Program-made: the position numbers and the translations under genes | Source of the DNA: a virus | Direction: 5' to 3' (one strand) | IMG/VR virus record: IMGVR_UViG_637000270_000013 | Length of the DNA stretch: 35,113 nt | The notes under the pieces: model-generated | The model's input: only the letters and a program-made list of their open reading frames with translations | Told to the model about the DNA's origin: nothing | Databases searched by the model: none | Shown here: positions 9,075 through 19,277 of the stretch, piece after piece | How the letters are laid out: each line of letters opens with the position of its first letter | Position numbering within the stretch: the stretch's first letter is position 1

Positions 9075-9813
9075 CATGGCGTCGCGCCGGGGTGGACCCC
9101 ACCTCGCCGTCGGTGAGCTCTTCCGTGCGCTTGTCGAGGTGTTTTTTCTCCTCTGTGATGGCGGCCATCGCAATTTCGGCCAGCGCCATATCCATGCACA
9201 TGCCATGGCGATTGATGTGCTGGTCAAGACGCCATAGCGCTATTTCAAACGGGGTGAGGTTCCAGCGTGGCATCCGTTGCCAGATTACCCGCATCGCCTC
9301 TATATCTGCCGCGGCGTACTCGACAAAACGTTGCCATTCTTCCGGGTGCGTATCGCGGTTCGGGCGACGGATTTTGTGAGTCCGTGGTTGTGGTTTACAG
9401 AAGATCTTAACAAGCTGCCTGCCGGATTTGTCCTTGGCCTGGTTGGTTGGGACGTTCAGTACCTCACACAGCGCACCCAGCGAACCGGGCAGGCTGTGCG
9501 CATAGGCTTGGGCCATTGTGTCGTGTATACGCTCGAGCGGAATATCGATACCTAAAGTATGTTGCAGCACCACGGAGTCGAACATGCCGCCGTTGTGCCA
9601 GACAGTTATGACCTGCGGGTCATCAAGCACAGCGCTTAACGCCTCGAGCATCGGGTCGCAGGTAGTGAGGTCCCACACATTGACCGGGCCATCGCCGATC
9701 GCCCAGGCAAACAGCAGTACTTCGGCGTTTTCAGCATAGCGGTGCGTACCGCAGTTAAGCGGCGTTTCGCAGTACGTCTCAAGGTCCGCGAAAAGCGGAG
9801 GTGGGGAAGTCAT
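7763..9813 (-). pseudogene. Family A phage DNA polymerase (APSE-like), three fragments
   Basis: Exonuclease 'FADLET', 'VWHNGGMFD', 'YAAADI'; motif A '[11 protein letters not shown]'; motif B '[14 protein letters not shown]'; motif C 'LTVHDE'. Confidence 0.95.
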
Positions 9814-9882
9814 AGGGTAAATCCGTTATCGATGGCTGACCGGAGCACCTGGCGCGAGGCCGGGCGGGTAAATGCGGTGGGT

Positions 9883-10130
9883 TTAAGCGAATTCTTCCGC
9901 GTTAGCACCTACGGTCAGGTCCTCGAAATCCTCTTCGGACGCCGGTGCGCCACCGCCAAAAGCGTCGTCATCACGCAGGAACTGGACCCCACCGAGGGAT
10001 GCGGAGATGCCTTTGTTGCCTTGCTGTCGTACGCGAAGAGGGTGTCGTGGCGTTGACATAGCAACCCGAGTAGGGTTTGCCATCGGCGGCGGCCAGTGGG
10101 GTGCGATCCGTGTCGATAACCAAGGGGTGG
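9883..10130 (-). pseudogene. DUF2815-type ssDNA-binding protein, C-terminal remnant
   Basis: 'GNKGISASLGGVQFLRDDDAFGGG..SEEDFEDL' with acidic tail; fused to the upstream gene by deletion. Confidence 0.75.
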
Positions 10131-10139
10131 GCTTTGTTG

Positions 10140-11037
10140 CTGGCTTTAGCTCATCGGGTGTAAGCGCCGCGACCCGTTTCGGCGCGTTGGCCAGTTGCGG
10201 GGCCAACGGTTGCGTCAGGTCGACAAAATCCCCCGCGGTCAGATTGAGGTAGTATTCCGTCTCGGCTTTACAGCGACCGTCGGCGGCTTTACACCAGCGG
10301 CATTGCTTTTCGCCAGGTGTGAACACGTCGGCGGGCAGGGTATCGACCCCTTCGCAATCGGTGATGTTCGCCGTGACAATTGCCGCGGCCGCGGCTTCCC
10401 TTGCCTGTTCGAAAAACGCTTCCAGCTCAGTGACGCTGAGCGCCCATTCCGAGGTACGATTCAGGCGTGGTTGATGGATGAACAACCGTACGCGGTCGAA
10501 GTTCTGCGCCAGACTGAAATAGGCCAACGCGCCGAGGGCGTAGAGCTGTAGCTGTTTATTGTTCTCGGCGTCCACCTTCAGGAAACCGTATTTCAGGTCG
10601 TGGATTTGCAGCTCGCTACCGGCGAGGATGATGGCGTCAGCGGTGCCGAATTGTTCAGGCATTCCGATAACCTTTGAGAAGTCCACGTGCCGCTCTACCA
10701 GCAGGTCATTACCCTAGGCCCGCGCCTATACCGTATCGATATAGCGTTGTACATGCTCGGCCATCTCCTCGGTCACCTGCGGGCCGATAGGCTTTCCCCC
10801 TTTTGCCAGCGGGTAGGTGCCAATGTAGGCGGCGTCTTGACCGCCGCTGAGCGGTTTACCTGCTAGTGTTGGGTTGAGCCGGTTGTTCAGGACATTTTCC
10901 GCGACCCGGCGCGTGGCGCTGCCCTCCTCAGCGTACGATGAGGTGCTTTCGGGAAGGCCCGCTTCCATCGCCAGACTGCCGCGACAGTTGAGCCATTTCT
11001 CCACGCTGGAGGGGGCTAATTGCGCATGCTCTGCCAT
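10140..11037 (-). pseudogene. DUF2800 PD-(D/E)XK nuclease-like protein, disrupted and truncated
   Basis: 'HAQLAPSS..WLNC..S...SSYAEEG', 'FGTADAII', 'IHDLKYG', 'NKQLQLYALGA', 'QPRL', 'QCRWCKA...C'. Confidence 0.88.
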
Positions 11038-11040
11038 GAG

Positions 11041-11871
11041 CTAACACCCCCCCAGCTCGTCGGCCAGCTGTTGGAGCGCAGCGACCACCGCCGGAACTTT
11101 TTCGTCCGGGCTTTTGCTGATACTTTCCACGCCACACCGGGCGAGTGCCTGGGCTATCGCCTCTCTCTCAACCTTTTCGAGGCGATGAACCAGGATCAAC
11201 CGGCCTTTCTCTCGTAGTGCTGCGATATCAGCGGTACCGCCTTTATCAGGGGTATCGGGTGGACCGGACGCGGGGATGTCGTCAGGACTTCGGTTGCCGT
11301 GTGGCGCGCCGTCCTGGCCTTCTGCGGTAAGTTCACAGGCATCGGAGGCTTTCACTTTGCCTTTTACTGATGTCTTCGATTTGGTTACAGGGGCTTGGCG
11401 CTGTGGCGATTATCGGGATGCGAGCCTAGAAGCTGATAGCCGTATTCGCGACGGTCTTCGATGCCCGGCAGGATGTCCCAGTATTTCAGTATTTGCTGTG
11501 CGATCTCGAGAAGCTTGCTTCGAGGGATGTTGATTGCCGGTCTGACGCCCGCCAGCGCCACCACGGTATGCTTATCCAGCGTTTCGATATCGCGCAGGGG
11601 TGTGTTATCGACCGGAGTCGGCTCGGGTTGTGCGGCTGCCGGTTCGGGCGTCGCTATTACCACTACTGATGTTTCTGGCTCTGCAGCCGCTTCGGGTTGT
11701 TCAGGCTCAGTGATTGACGATATTGGCTTGCGCGCGAGCGGGCGGTTCATGCTGACAAACCACTCGGTTATCCGTGCATTGTGTTGCAATGAGCTTGTTC
11801 CGCTCAGCCAGCAGCGTATTGCGCTCCTCGTCGAGCTGGTTACTCCGCTCCAGATGGGCTTCCAGTGACAT
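11041..11871 (-). pseudogene. Low-complexity phage replication-module protein, fragmented
   Basis: Three consecutive minus-strand fragments starting 'MSLEAHLERSNQL', Pro/Glu/Ala-rich; sits upstream of DUF2800. Confidence 0.55.
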
Positions 11872-12020
11872 TACAGGGTCCTCGCTATCGAGAGAAAAAG
11901 TGTTCCGGCGCACAGCAGCGCTAGCAGGTACAACGCACCGGTCACGATGGTGCCGGTATGGTGGCGCAAGTCTGCGCCCGTCAGCCGGTAGCGGTGCTGC
12001 ATACGTTTAAGGTGGTTCAT
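11871..12020 (-). CDS. 49-aa small membrane protein (not in the ORF track)
   Basis: MNHLKRMQHRYRLTGADLRHHTGTIVTGALYLLALLCAGTLFLSIARTL; TAATG overlap with the next gene. Confidence 0.5.
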   Translation of the reverse strand: MNHLKRMQHRYRLTGADLRHHTGTIVTGALYLLALLCAGTLFLSIARTL

Positions 12021-12235
12021 GGTGGATTTCCGTTTTTAATCAGTTAGATAAGGTGAATGAACTTAATAAAGCGCCCGCGAACAGCGCCAACGCTTGATAA
12101 ATTCACGTTTGCTTCGGGTACGTGCAGCAAAACGCAGGTACCTCATCACGTTCCAGTCTCGCATTCCGGTTTCAACGGGTTAGCCAAGACATTCAGCGTG
12201 TCACTGAATTGCGGGGTGTGACTGCCCTGTCCAAG

Positions 12236-12248
12236 TTGTTAAAGAGCG
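12236..12248 (-). promoter_or_regulatory. boxA antitermination element (nutL-like)
   Basis: Minus strand reads CGCTCTTTAACAA, just downstream of the putative leftward operators. Confidence 0.7.
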
Positions 12249-12272
12249 GGTGGAGCTGTGTTGGGAGTGACA

Positions 12273-12310
12273 ATCACAAAAAGATATTTTTTTAATCTTT
12301 TTTTTGTGAT
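12273..12310. promoter_or_regulatory. Putative left operators (OL)
   Basis: ATCAC and GTGAT half-sites match the operator motif at 13150-13212. Confidence 0.5.
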
Positions 12311-12384
12311 TATTGGGTGCGACGGAAACTGCCCTGTTCCTGGCGCAGCTTTAGAGGTTCAAAGAGGTAGGAGTGAAAAGTGCG

Positions 12385-13040
12385 TTAATCTAAGCAGTGC
12401 CACCGGGCGTCAATAACTTTACCGACGCATCTGCACTCGTTTTTGCCTAAATTTATAAGTGGATACTGTGGGTTTAACGGTTTTAGAAAGCGCATCCCTG
12501 CATCTTCTAAGTATTTTTTAAAGGTGGCGAAACCACTTTCTTCAAAATACATCACGCATAGTTCACTTGAACTTACGGTTTTATCGGGGTCAACCAGAAT
12601 CAGAATTCCTTCCGGGAAGCTAGGGCGCGATCCTATGGGGGATGTCATGGAATCACCGTGGACTTCTAACCAGAATGCCCTCTCGCTGGCGCTCTTTACT
12701 GTTGGGACCTAGCGTATAGCGTTTTCCACTGTAAAAGTGCCATCGGTTTCAGTAAAGTCCCCGGCCTGAACCCAACTAAGAAGAGGGTATTCGGGGAGCT
12801 GAGCTTCGGTCGTGACGATGGACTTTGCTCCCCAAAAAGTAATTCACCAGGAGATACTTTCAATATCTTAGATAGTATAAGGGCATCATCAGCGCCGATA
12901 CCTCTGGCTCCTTTTTCGTAGTTTGCTATGCGAGATTGTGAGGCCCATCCGCAAAGTTTTGCTAGCTGAGCTTGACTCAACCCCGCCTGTTCTCTGATAC
13001 GTTTTAAACGATCACCAATTATTTCAAATTGTGTTTTCAT
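12385..13040 (-). pseudogene. cI: CI-like repressor (HTH plus S24 peptidase), frameshifted
   Basis: HTH 'LSQAQLAKLCGWASQSRIANYEKG'; 'WVQAG', 'VHGDSM' and 'ATFKK' in a second frame. Confidence 0.9.
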
Positions 13041-13149
13041 GTGCGCAGCCTTTTTATTGCGTTGTGCAATATCTATAGGGCGAAACGTAATTGCTCTTCA
13101 AAATTTTAACTCTTCGTCACTCAGCGGAATTTCAGTGCGGCATAATTTT

Positions 13150-13212
13150 ATCACGCCACGTGATTTTAATAAAATCACCAAACGGAATTGACGGGGCATC
13201 ACGTTTTGTGAA
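13150..13212. promoter_or_regulatory. Three right operators with a pR-like promoter
   Basis: ATCACGCCACGTGAT (13150), ATCACCAAACGGAAT (13174), ATCACGTTTTGTGAA (13198); TTGACG at 13188. Confidence 0.7.
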
Positions 13213-13220
13213 TCATTGCC

Positions 13221-13559
13221 ATGTTTGATGTTGGAAAATACAAGGACATGTTTGATGAACCATATTGCTGTGTACCGAAAAAATTAGGCATTACGCAAGC
13301 CTCGCTGGCAGAAAAACTAGGGTGGAACCAATCTCGAATTGCTAACTACGAGAGCGGAAAACGGTTGCCTAACTTGAACGTTTGTCACGAGATTGTTCGC
13401 CTTTTTAACGAGGAAGGGCTTTCGTGTAGTGTTGATAGTCTTTTTCCGCCCAAACCAGAGATGGTGTTTCCCCAAACCGATCTGCCTAACAGCGTTGACG
13501 AAGAAGAGGATGATGACGACGAAGGGGATATTGATTTAACGAAATACTACAACGTCTGA
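13221..13559 (+). CDS. Cro-like HTH regulator with acidic tail (5' end possibly degraded)
   Basis: 'LGITQASLAEKLGWNQSRIANYESGKRLP'; divergent from cI and shares the QSRIANYE recognition helix. Confidence 0.75.
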   Translation: MFDVGKYKDMFDEPYCCVPKKLGITQASLAEKLGWNQSRIANYESGKRLPNLNVCHEIVRLFNEEGLSCSVDSLFPPKPEMVFPQTDLPNSVDEEEDDDDEGDIDLTKYYNV

Positions 13560-13570
13560 GGTGGTCCCTG

Positions 13571-15379
13571 ATGGGCAATACACTATGGGGTGCCACCCCC
13601 GAAGAGTGGGCGCTGTGGCGCTCACTGTGCCCTGAGCACCTGCTGCCAACGGTGTGCAACTCGGAGGCGGTAGTATCGAAAAAAAGCCAGCTTTACCGCA
13701 TAGATAAAACGACCGGGCAGTTGCTTCACCCGGCTAAAGTCCCCTCACTTTACAATCGCAAAAAGCAAATCGCGGGCATTCGCCAGTGGGCATCGATGCT
13801 TATCACGCCCGCCATGCTGGATAACTGGGAGGAGCCGGACTACGGTATCTGCGTACGCACTGGTCGGGGGCTTATTGCGTTGGACTGCGATAACGAGGAC
13901 GAGGGGCACCACGCGATTATTGAGCAAGTGCTTCGTGATACGCTCGGCTGCCTGCCGCCATGCCGTTTCCGCAAAAACGCCAACAAGTGCTTGTACCTGC
14001 TGAACGCGCCTTTTGAACGTCGGAAAGGCGTATTACGCCTGCCTGATGAGGATGGGCGACCCGCACAAATCGAGTTACTGGCAACCGGGCAGCAGTTTAT
14101 GGCCGCTGGGATCCACCCCAGCGGGGCCAGAATCGTCTGGCGCTTTGCCCTGTCGAAGTATCCGAAGAGCAACTGGAGGCGATACAGGCGCGTCTGCGGG
14201 CCCTCCTGCCCGTAGTTAACGCACAGACTAGCGCGTCGGAAAAATCATCGGATGCTGTGGCAGATCTGGAGCGCGAAGTGATACTGGCTCGGGTGGATGA
14301 GTAAACGTTCGACGATCTCCGCTCTGCCCTGTGGTATGCGCCGGTGCTCGAAATGGCAGGCCCTTATAGCTCGTGGGTTGATATGGGAAACCGGCTGGCG
14401 TGGTTCAAAGGTACCGAGTACGAAGAGCGGGCGCGCGACCTGTGGCTGGAGTGGTCGGCAACGGCGCCTGATGGTGATATCGAGGCAGCTGCCGCGAAGT
14501 GGGATAACGATGCACTGAAAGCCGATCGCACGGGTTATCAGGCCATCTTCAAGCGCACGGGCGATGCTGGCTGGATAAACTCCGGCTCTGAGCGCATGAA
14601 GCATCCCGTGGCGGTGGTGGAGGATTTTGAGGACCTGGGCGCGGTTGAGGCGGCGAATAAAACGCCGTGGCCAGCCTTTGTGCGCAAAGACAAGACCGGC
14701 GTCATTAAAAACACCATCGATAACGTCAGCAGGGCTGTTGCGCGGCCTGATTTCTGCGGCGTGCAAGTCTGCTTCGACCAGTTCCGCGATGAAATTATGC
14801 TGGTCGAGGAGGGCGATAACCAATGGGTGCCCAAATACCGTGAATTCGCTACACAGTTCTCGCGCCGTCTGGTGATGTTCGGCACTACCAATCAGGAAGA
14901 GTTTCTGGCCGACGAAACCGGCAATCGGCGTTGGTTACCGCTGCGCGTTGGTAAGATGCGTTTAGACGACATCAAACGCGATGTGATGCAGCTATGGGCC
15001 GAGGGTACAGAGCTCTACAGGACATTGGGCGGTGTGCAGTTCCGGGCGGGATGCTGAGCGACTGGCGAGCGGCGTACACGAACAGCACATGATTAAGGAT
15101 GCCTGGTTTGAAATCGTCGAAAGATGATTGGATGAGCCCGATGCACTAACCGGTGAGCGTCCACGTGCTCGCGAGTTTTTACGGGTAAGTGATGTCTTGC
15201 AGGACGCCATCGGATTGTCGCCATGTAACATCGGCAAGCGGGAAGAAATGCGAATTTGTGGTGTGCTAATAAAGTGTGAATACAAAAATATACATCTGCG
15301 TATTAATAGCAAAAAAGCCAAGGTATGGGCAAGGGTGGAACCACCTAGTTTTGGGAGGTGGTTCCACTTGAGCCCTTGA
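13571..15379 (+). pseudogene. Prim-Pol primase / PriCT-2 / VirE-like helicase, frameshifts and an internal deletion
   Basis: 'YGICVRTG..LIALDCD', 'QIELLATGQQF..AGIHPSG', 'WVDMGNRL', 'VMFGTTNQEEFLADETGNRRWLP'. Confidence 0.88.
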
Positions 15380-15389
15380 GCCACAAGGG

Positions 15390-15629
15390 ACGATGATGGG
15401 ATTGCCGTCAGTTGCGCGGTAGGTCGTCTGAAACGATATGATGCATACCTTTATCGGCATAATTATTATGCGGTATGTCAATGGTTTTTCGCTGAGGGTC
15501 ATGTGTGATAAGCTCGGGATTTCTCACAACCTTGTGGCCACATGGTTGCAATCAGCCGAAGGATTTATCGCGGGTTGTCTTGCGATGGCAGATATCAATC
15601 TGGAAATGGCCTATTGTGTTGATGGGTGA
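15390..15629 (+). pseudogene. Lambda Q-family antiterminator, C-terminal remnant
   Basis: 'DDDGIAVSCAVGRL' then 'RYVNGFSLR...KLGIS...LQSAEGFIAGCLAM'. Confidence 0.8.
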
Positions 15630-16057
15630 TCAGGATTACAAATATGCTGACTGAAAATATACGGTACAATTTTGAAATGCTTATGGAGAGGGATTACCCG
15701 CAGCTATCGCTCACATATAAAACTAGGGGCCACGCCCGCTGCGATTACAATCTGAGGAATGATCTAGATTCTGAGTATGAAAACTCAGGAGTTCAGCTGA
15801 TGTGGATAATGTTTCGTGCGGGCGCGCTAGCAGGATTGTCACGATTAAAAATTAACTTACCGCCTTTGCGAAACATACCAGATGGTTATTTTGATGCGGG
15901 TTTCAATGAAGGCGTTCAGGATCGCCTCGCCAGTGTGTGGGGCAATAGTGTTTCTGCGGTTCGCAACACGCGAACGTACCGAAAACTGTCAAAAAGGCGT
16001 CTTTCACCGGTAAAAGGCTGCCAAACGGATTTCGCCATTTTGTTAATAAATCGGTAA
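15626..16057 (+). CDS. Hypothetical phage protein, C-terminus probably scrambled
   Basis: 143-aa ORF with an 'EYENSGVQLMWIMFRAG' phage-like motif. Confidence 0.5.
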   Translation: MIRITNMLTENIRYNFEMLMERDYPQLSLTYKTRGHARCDYNLRNDLDSEYENSGVQLMWIMFRAGALAGLSRLKINLPPLRNIPDGYFDAGFNEGVQDRLASVWGNSVSAVRNTRTYRKLSKRRLSPVKGCQTDFAILLINR

Positions 16058-16262
16058 CATAAAAACCGGCCATTTTCGCCGGGCTAAAGGCCCCCTTTTT
16101 GACAGGCTTTATGCGTTTACGCGATGAGTGGTAATGCGTCGGTGCGGGTAATGTTTATTATGTTAAATACGACTCGAAATCTGAAAATTTACTCACTGCG
16201 GAAAACCATGCCGCAACGCCCTCTGGTGGTTGGGGCTTTTGTGTTTTAAAAGGTGGTGCATA

Positions 16263-16831
16263 GTGGAAAACCTACCGAAGGATTATTTCCTCGATATCGA
16301 TGATGAGTTTCTTAACTTTTTAGAAAAGCAGGGAGAAGACTGCATTAGGGAGCTTCATCAGTCGAATACTGTAAACAAAGAAAATAGCTATAAACTATTA
16401 AGTATTCTCATTGTAGGTGTTGGGTCATCTTTTCTGCTTCTGGCCCAAAAGCAGCCACCCATTTTCTTGAGTGCGGGGATGGCTACGTTTACCCTGTGCT
16501 GGGCATTGTGTGCGATATATCTTGTTTTCTGTGGATTGTCGATACAGATACGGAGGTTAGTATCGTCTTCACCGCATCTTTTGTATACTGAAGCCTATAA
16601 GACTATCAGTCAGGAAGATTTTGATTATCTCAAGGCTAAGGGATTTTCTGGAGGCTGTAACCGTACATCGGTAATGCGGCGATACAGGCTGAATAATTTG
16701 TGTAAGACCTCGGCTGAATTGCGGGTTGTAAATGCAACAATCAGCTCTCATCAAAAAGAGCAAGAATAGCCACTGTCCTTGTTCCTGTTTTTTCCATGCT
16801 GGTGTCAGCTGTTACTTATCATCTTTTTTGA
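16263..16831 (+). pseudogene. Multi-TM moron membrane protein, frameshift near 16750
   Basis: Two TM helices; the shifted frame gives a third, 'RARIATVLVPVFSMLVSAVTYHLF*'; AT-rich. Confidence 0.7.
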
Positions 16832-16959
16832 CAGGTGCTGGATCTTCAGCAAGCATGCGTTCCGTGGAAAAATCTTTAGGCACATAGGGTTGAGAGGGTT
16901 TAGATTGCGACGCTGGCTGAGGCTTAATTCTCATTCGTCGTTTGTTTAGAATTACTCAT
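16812..16959 (-). pseudogene. Small Pro/Gln/Ser-rich peptide, +1 frameshift
   Basis: GGAG SD, MSNSKQTTNEN / KPQPASQSKPSQPYVPKDFSTERMLAEDPAPVKKDDK*. Confidence 0.5.
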
Positions 16960-17050
16960 GAATTTCTCCATATCTGAATAGTAAATTTTGGCGAATTAAC
17001 GATATCAGATGTAGAAATGCGCCGCCAGACGCTATCTGGCACTTAATCCC

Positions 17051-17077
17051 AAGGCTACGCTCCGGCGTGGCCTTTTT
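17051..17077 (+). terminator. Intrinsic terminator
   Basis: AAGGCTACGC-TCCG-GCGTGGCCTT followed by a T run; near copy at 30917-30943. Confidence 0.75.
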
Positions 17078-17096
17078 GCCGTTATGAGGAGATACT

Positions 17097-17859
17097 ATGC
17101 TATCCGCTATCCGCTATCCGCTATCCGCTATCCGCTATCCGCTATTCGCCCTTTGCCCGGTCATTCGGTGCTTAATCCACTGGCAGGGAGCATCTCCAGT
17201 GCCCGTAACCGGTCATAGGCTTTGACATCAAGCCCTCGTGCTGGTCGTTTGTTAAGCGCGCGGTGCTCTTGGTTTTTCGGCACATAGCCAGTGTGTTTCA
17301 GTTTATCCCTCGTGGGCTGGCTTCGCTGGTCAGATGTCGAAACGCTCCCCGTCCGTTGGATATCAGCACTACCGGCCTGATGACGAAGACGCCCCAAACA
17401 GCGGGTATACTTCGCTATCTCGACCATCTGGTCAAAGCGACGGATATCGGTTGGGCTGAAGTGAATCACGATAACCCGGAACGACTATGTGACCAGGTAG
17501 CCCGACGCAGTTTTAACCGCACAGTGTTGACGGCAGAGCTTTAAGGTCAGTCGTTTAACGCCTGTACCCGGATGCTGGCGCATCTGGAAGGGGAATACGG
17601 CCAGCAACTCCGGGGTGTACTGGACTTCGCCGCCGAGCGGGTGGGGCAGACGGAGGAAGACCCGGTGAAAGTCTCCACCGTCTAAAAGTACCCTACCTTC
17701 GTCGAGGACATCATCATCGCCTTGCACGAGCGTCTGGGTCGTTACGACGTGCTGGTTGAGCCCGGTGCTGATATCCGGCAGTACGGTGACCTGACGTCGA
17801 GAGATATCAAGGCGTTATCCTGTGTTGGCATTGGTGCTGACACCTTAATCGTTACATAG
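17097..17859 (+). pseudogene. Decayed cargo gene of about 240 codons upstream of the holin
   Basis: GAGGAG SD; one long frame 17210-17859 broken only by TAA at 17542 and 17682. Confidence 0.6.
17099..17147 (+). repeat. Heptamer tandem repeat (GCTATCC)6 plus GCTATTC
   Basis: Directly visible; begins inside the ATG at 17097. Confidence 0.95.
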
Positions 17860-17899
17860 CGTCATTTCGATGCTGTAACCTTCCTTTTGATAAAAAATA

Positions 17900-18241
17900 A
17901 TGAAAATGCCTGAGAAAGAGCCGGGATTCTGGGTCGCGCTGCTGGCCTGGATACGCTGCAACCAAACCGATTTTGGCTACGCCACTGTCGCCGCCCTGTT
18001 TTCGTTTCTGCGCAATGCGTGGGTCAGAAATCCGTGGAGTCGGCGACTGCTAGACACGCTGTCCTGTAGCACACTGGCATTCTTCGCCAAGCCTCTATTG
18101 ACCCTTATTGAAGTTATGCTTGGCTTGACACTGCCCGAGTCAGCACCACAGGCCCTGGCGATTTATATCGGCTACGTCGGGACTGACTACATCCGCGAGC
18201 GCATAAAGGCGTTTACCCGGCGCAAGAATCAGGAGTCATGA
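17900..18241 (+). CDS. Lambda S-family holin with Met-Lys-Met dual start
   Basis: 'MKMPEKEPGFW', TM segments, 'YIGYVGTDYIR', basic C-terminus. Confidence 0.9.
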   Translation: MKMPEKEPGFWVALLAWIRCNQTDFGYATVAALFSFLRNAWVRNPWSRRLLDTLSCSTLAFFAKPLLTLIEVMLGLTLPESAPQALAIYIGYVGTDYIRERIKAFTRRKNQES

Positions 18242-18678
18242 TGAATATCAGTCAGAATGGATTAGAACGGATAAAGGCGTTTGAGGGGCTTCAGCTCACC
18301 GCATATCAATGCAGCGCAGACAGATGGACTATCGGCTACGGGCATACGAACGGCGTCAAGGCAGAGGATGTTATCCCCCTCGAACAGGCAGACGCTTTTC
18401 TGCGTGACGATATCGACGCCGTGGTTGAACGACTGAATGCCTTGATAACCGTGCCGGTGGCACAGAATCAGTTCGACGCATTGTGTTCACTGGTTTTCAA
18501 TATCGGCATCGGGGCATTTGCTAAATCGACGTTGCTTAAAAAGCTGAATGAAAGTGATTACCCCGGGGCAGCGGTAGAGTTCTCCAAATGGTGCCATGCG
18601 ACCGTTGACGGTAAAAAAGTGTCGTTGCCAGGCTTGATTAAGCGCAGGCAGGAAGAGAAAGCTTTATTTGAACCATGA
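18238..18678 (+). CDS. GH24 endolysin (lysozyme)
   Basis: 'IKAFEGLQLTAYQCSADRWTIGYGHT', 'QNQFDALCSLVFNIG', 'GLIKRRQEEKALF'. Confidence 0.95.
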   Translation: MMNISQNGLERIKAFEGLQLTAYQCSADRWTIGYGHTNGVKAEDVIPLEQADAFLRDDIDAVVERLNALITVPVAQNQFDALCSLVFNIGIGAFAKSTLLKKLNESDYPGAAVEFSKWCHATVDGKKVSLPGLIKRRQEEKALFEP

Positions 18679-18887
18679 AAATGATGTCTTAATTAATAAT
18701 GTCATTAGGAGTATCTGTATGAAAAACGCATTTATCGTGTTTTGTATGAAAGTTTCAGGCAAGACGAAAAACAAATTGGCTAAAGACTTTGGATTTCACT
18801 ATTTCCTGATGCGTTCAAAGTTTAAGGCTTATTTGGCGTGCGGTGTTTTCGTAATACGTTAATCGAAGAGCAACACAGGTTGGTAGC

Positions 18888-19277
18888 ATGATGCGCTGGA
18901 GGCTCCTTACCCTCGCCGCGATGCTCGCGACGATTACCGCTCTCGCCATCGTGGTGAGACTCCAGTATGTCGAAATCACTCGCCTGAAGCAGGCTAACCA
19001 ATCGATGGTCGCCGAGCGTGACGCCGCCCGCGCACAGTTTACCCACTATGAACAGGCGGTAGCGCTGTTCAACCAGATAGCCGGAGCAACACAGGATGCA
19101 CATCAGCACGCGGTGCAAGACTTCCAGCCGCGTATCATCCAGATACGTGAGGCCCTTACGCCTGAGCGCTGTGCTCGTCTGCCTGTGCCTGCTGCCGCTG
19201 TTAACCGGCTGCGGGCGCACGCAGACCAGATACCTGCCCATCCCGCCCGCGCCGATACCGGCCACGCTGCTCGATGA
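18888..19277 (+). CDS. Rz-like i-spanin
   Basis: N-terminal TM plus coiled coil; follows the endolysin; overlapped by a lipoprotein ORF. Confidence 0.75.
   Translation: MMRWRLLTLAAMLATITALAIVVRLQYVEITRLKQANQSMVAERDAARAQFTHYEQAVALFNQIAGATQDAHQHAVQDFQPRIIQIREALTPERCARLPVPAAAVNRLRAHADQIPAHPARADTGHAAR

Noticed and set aside
8117-9739. Several plus-strand ORFs over the polymerase (and similar ones over the helicase and primase)
   Set aside because: Shadow ORFs of GC-rich coding sequence with no recognisable motifs
9883-10686. 267-aa ORF as a novel nuclease-SSB fusion, or Cas4 indicating CRISPR
   Set aside because: Deletion-generated join of DUF2800 and DUF2815; no CRISPR array or other cas genes in the window
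17099-17147. CRISPR-like array
   Set aside because: Spacerless 7-bp tandem repeat
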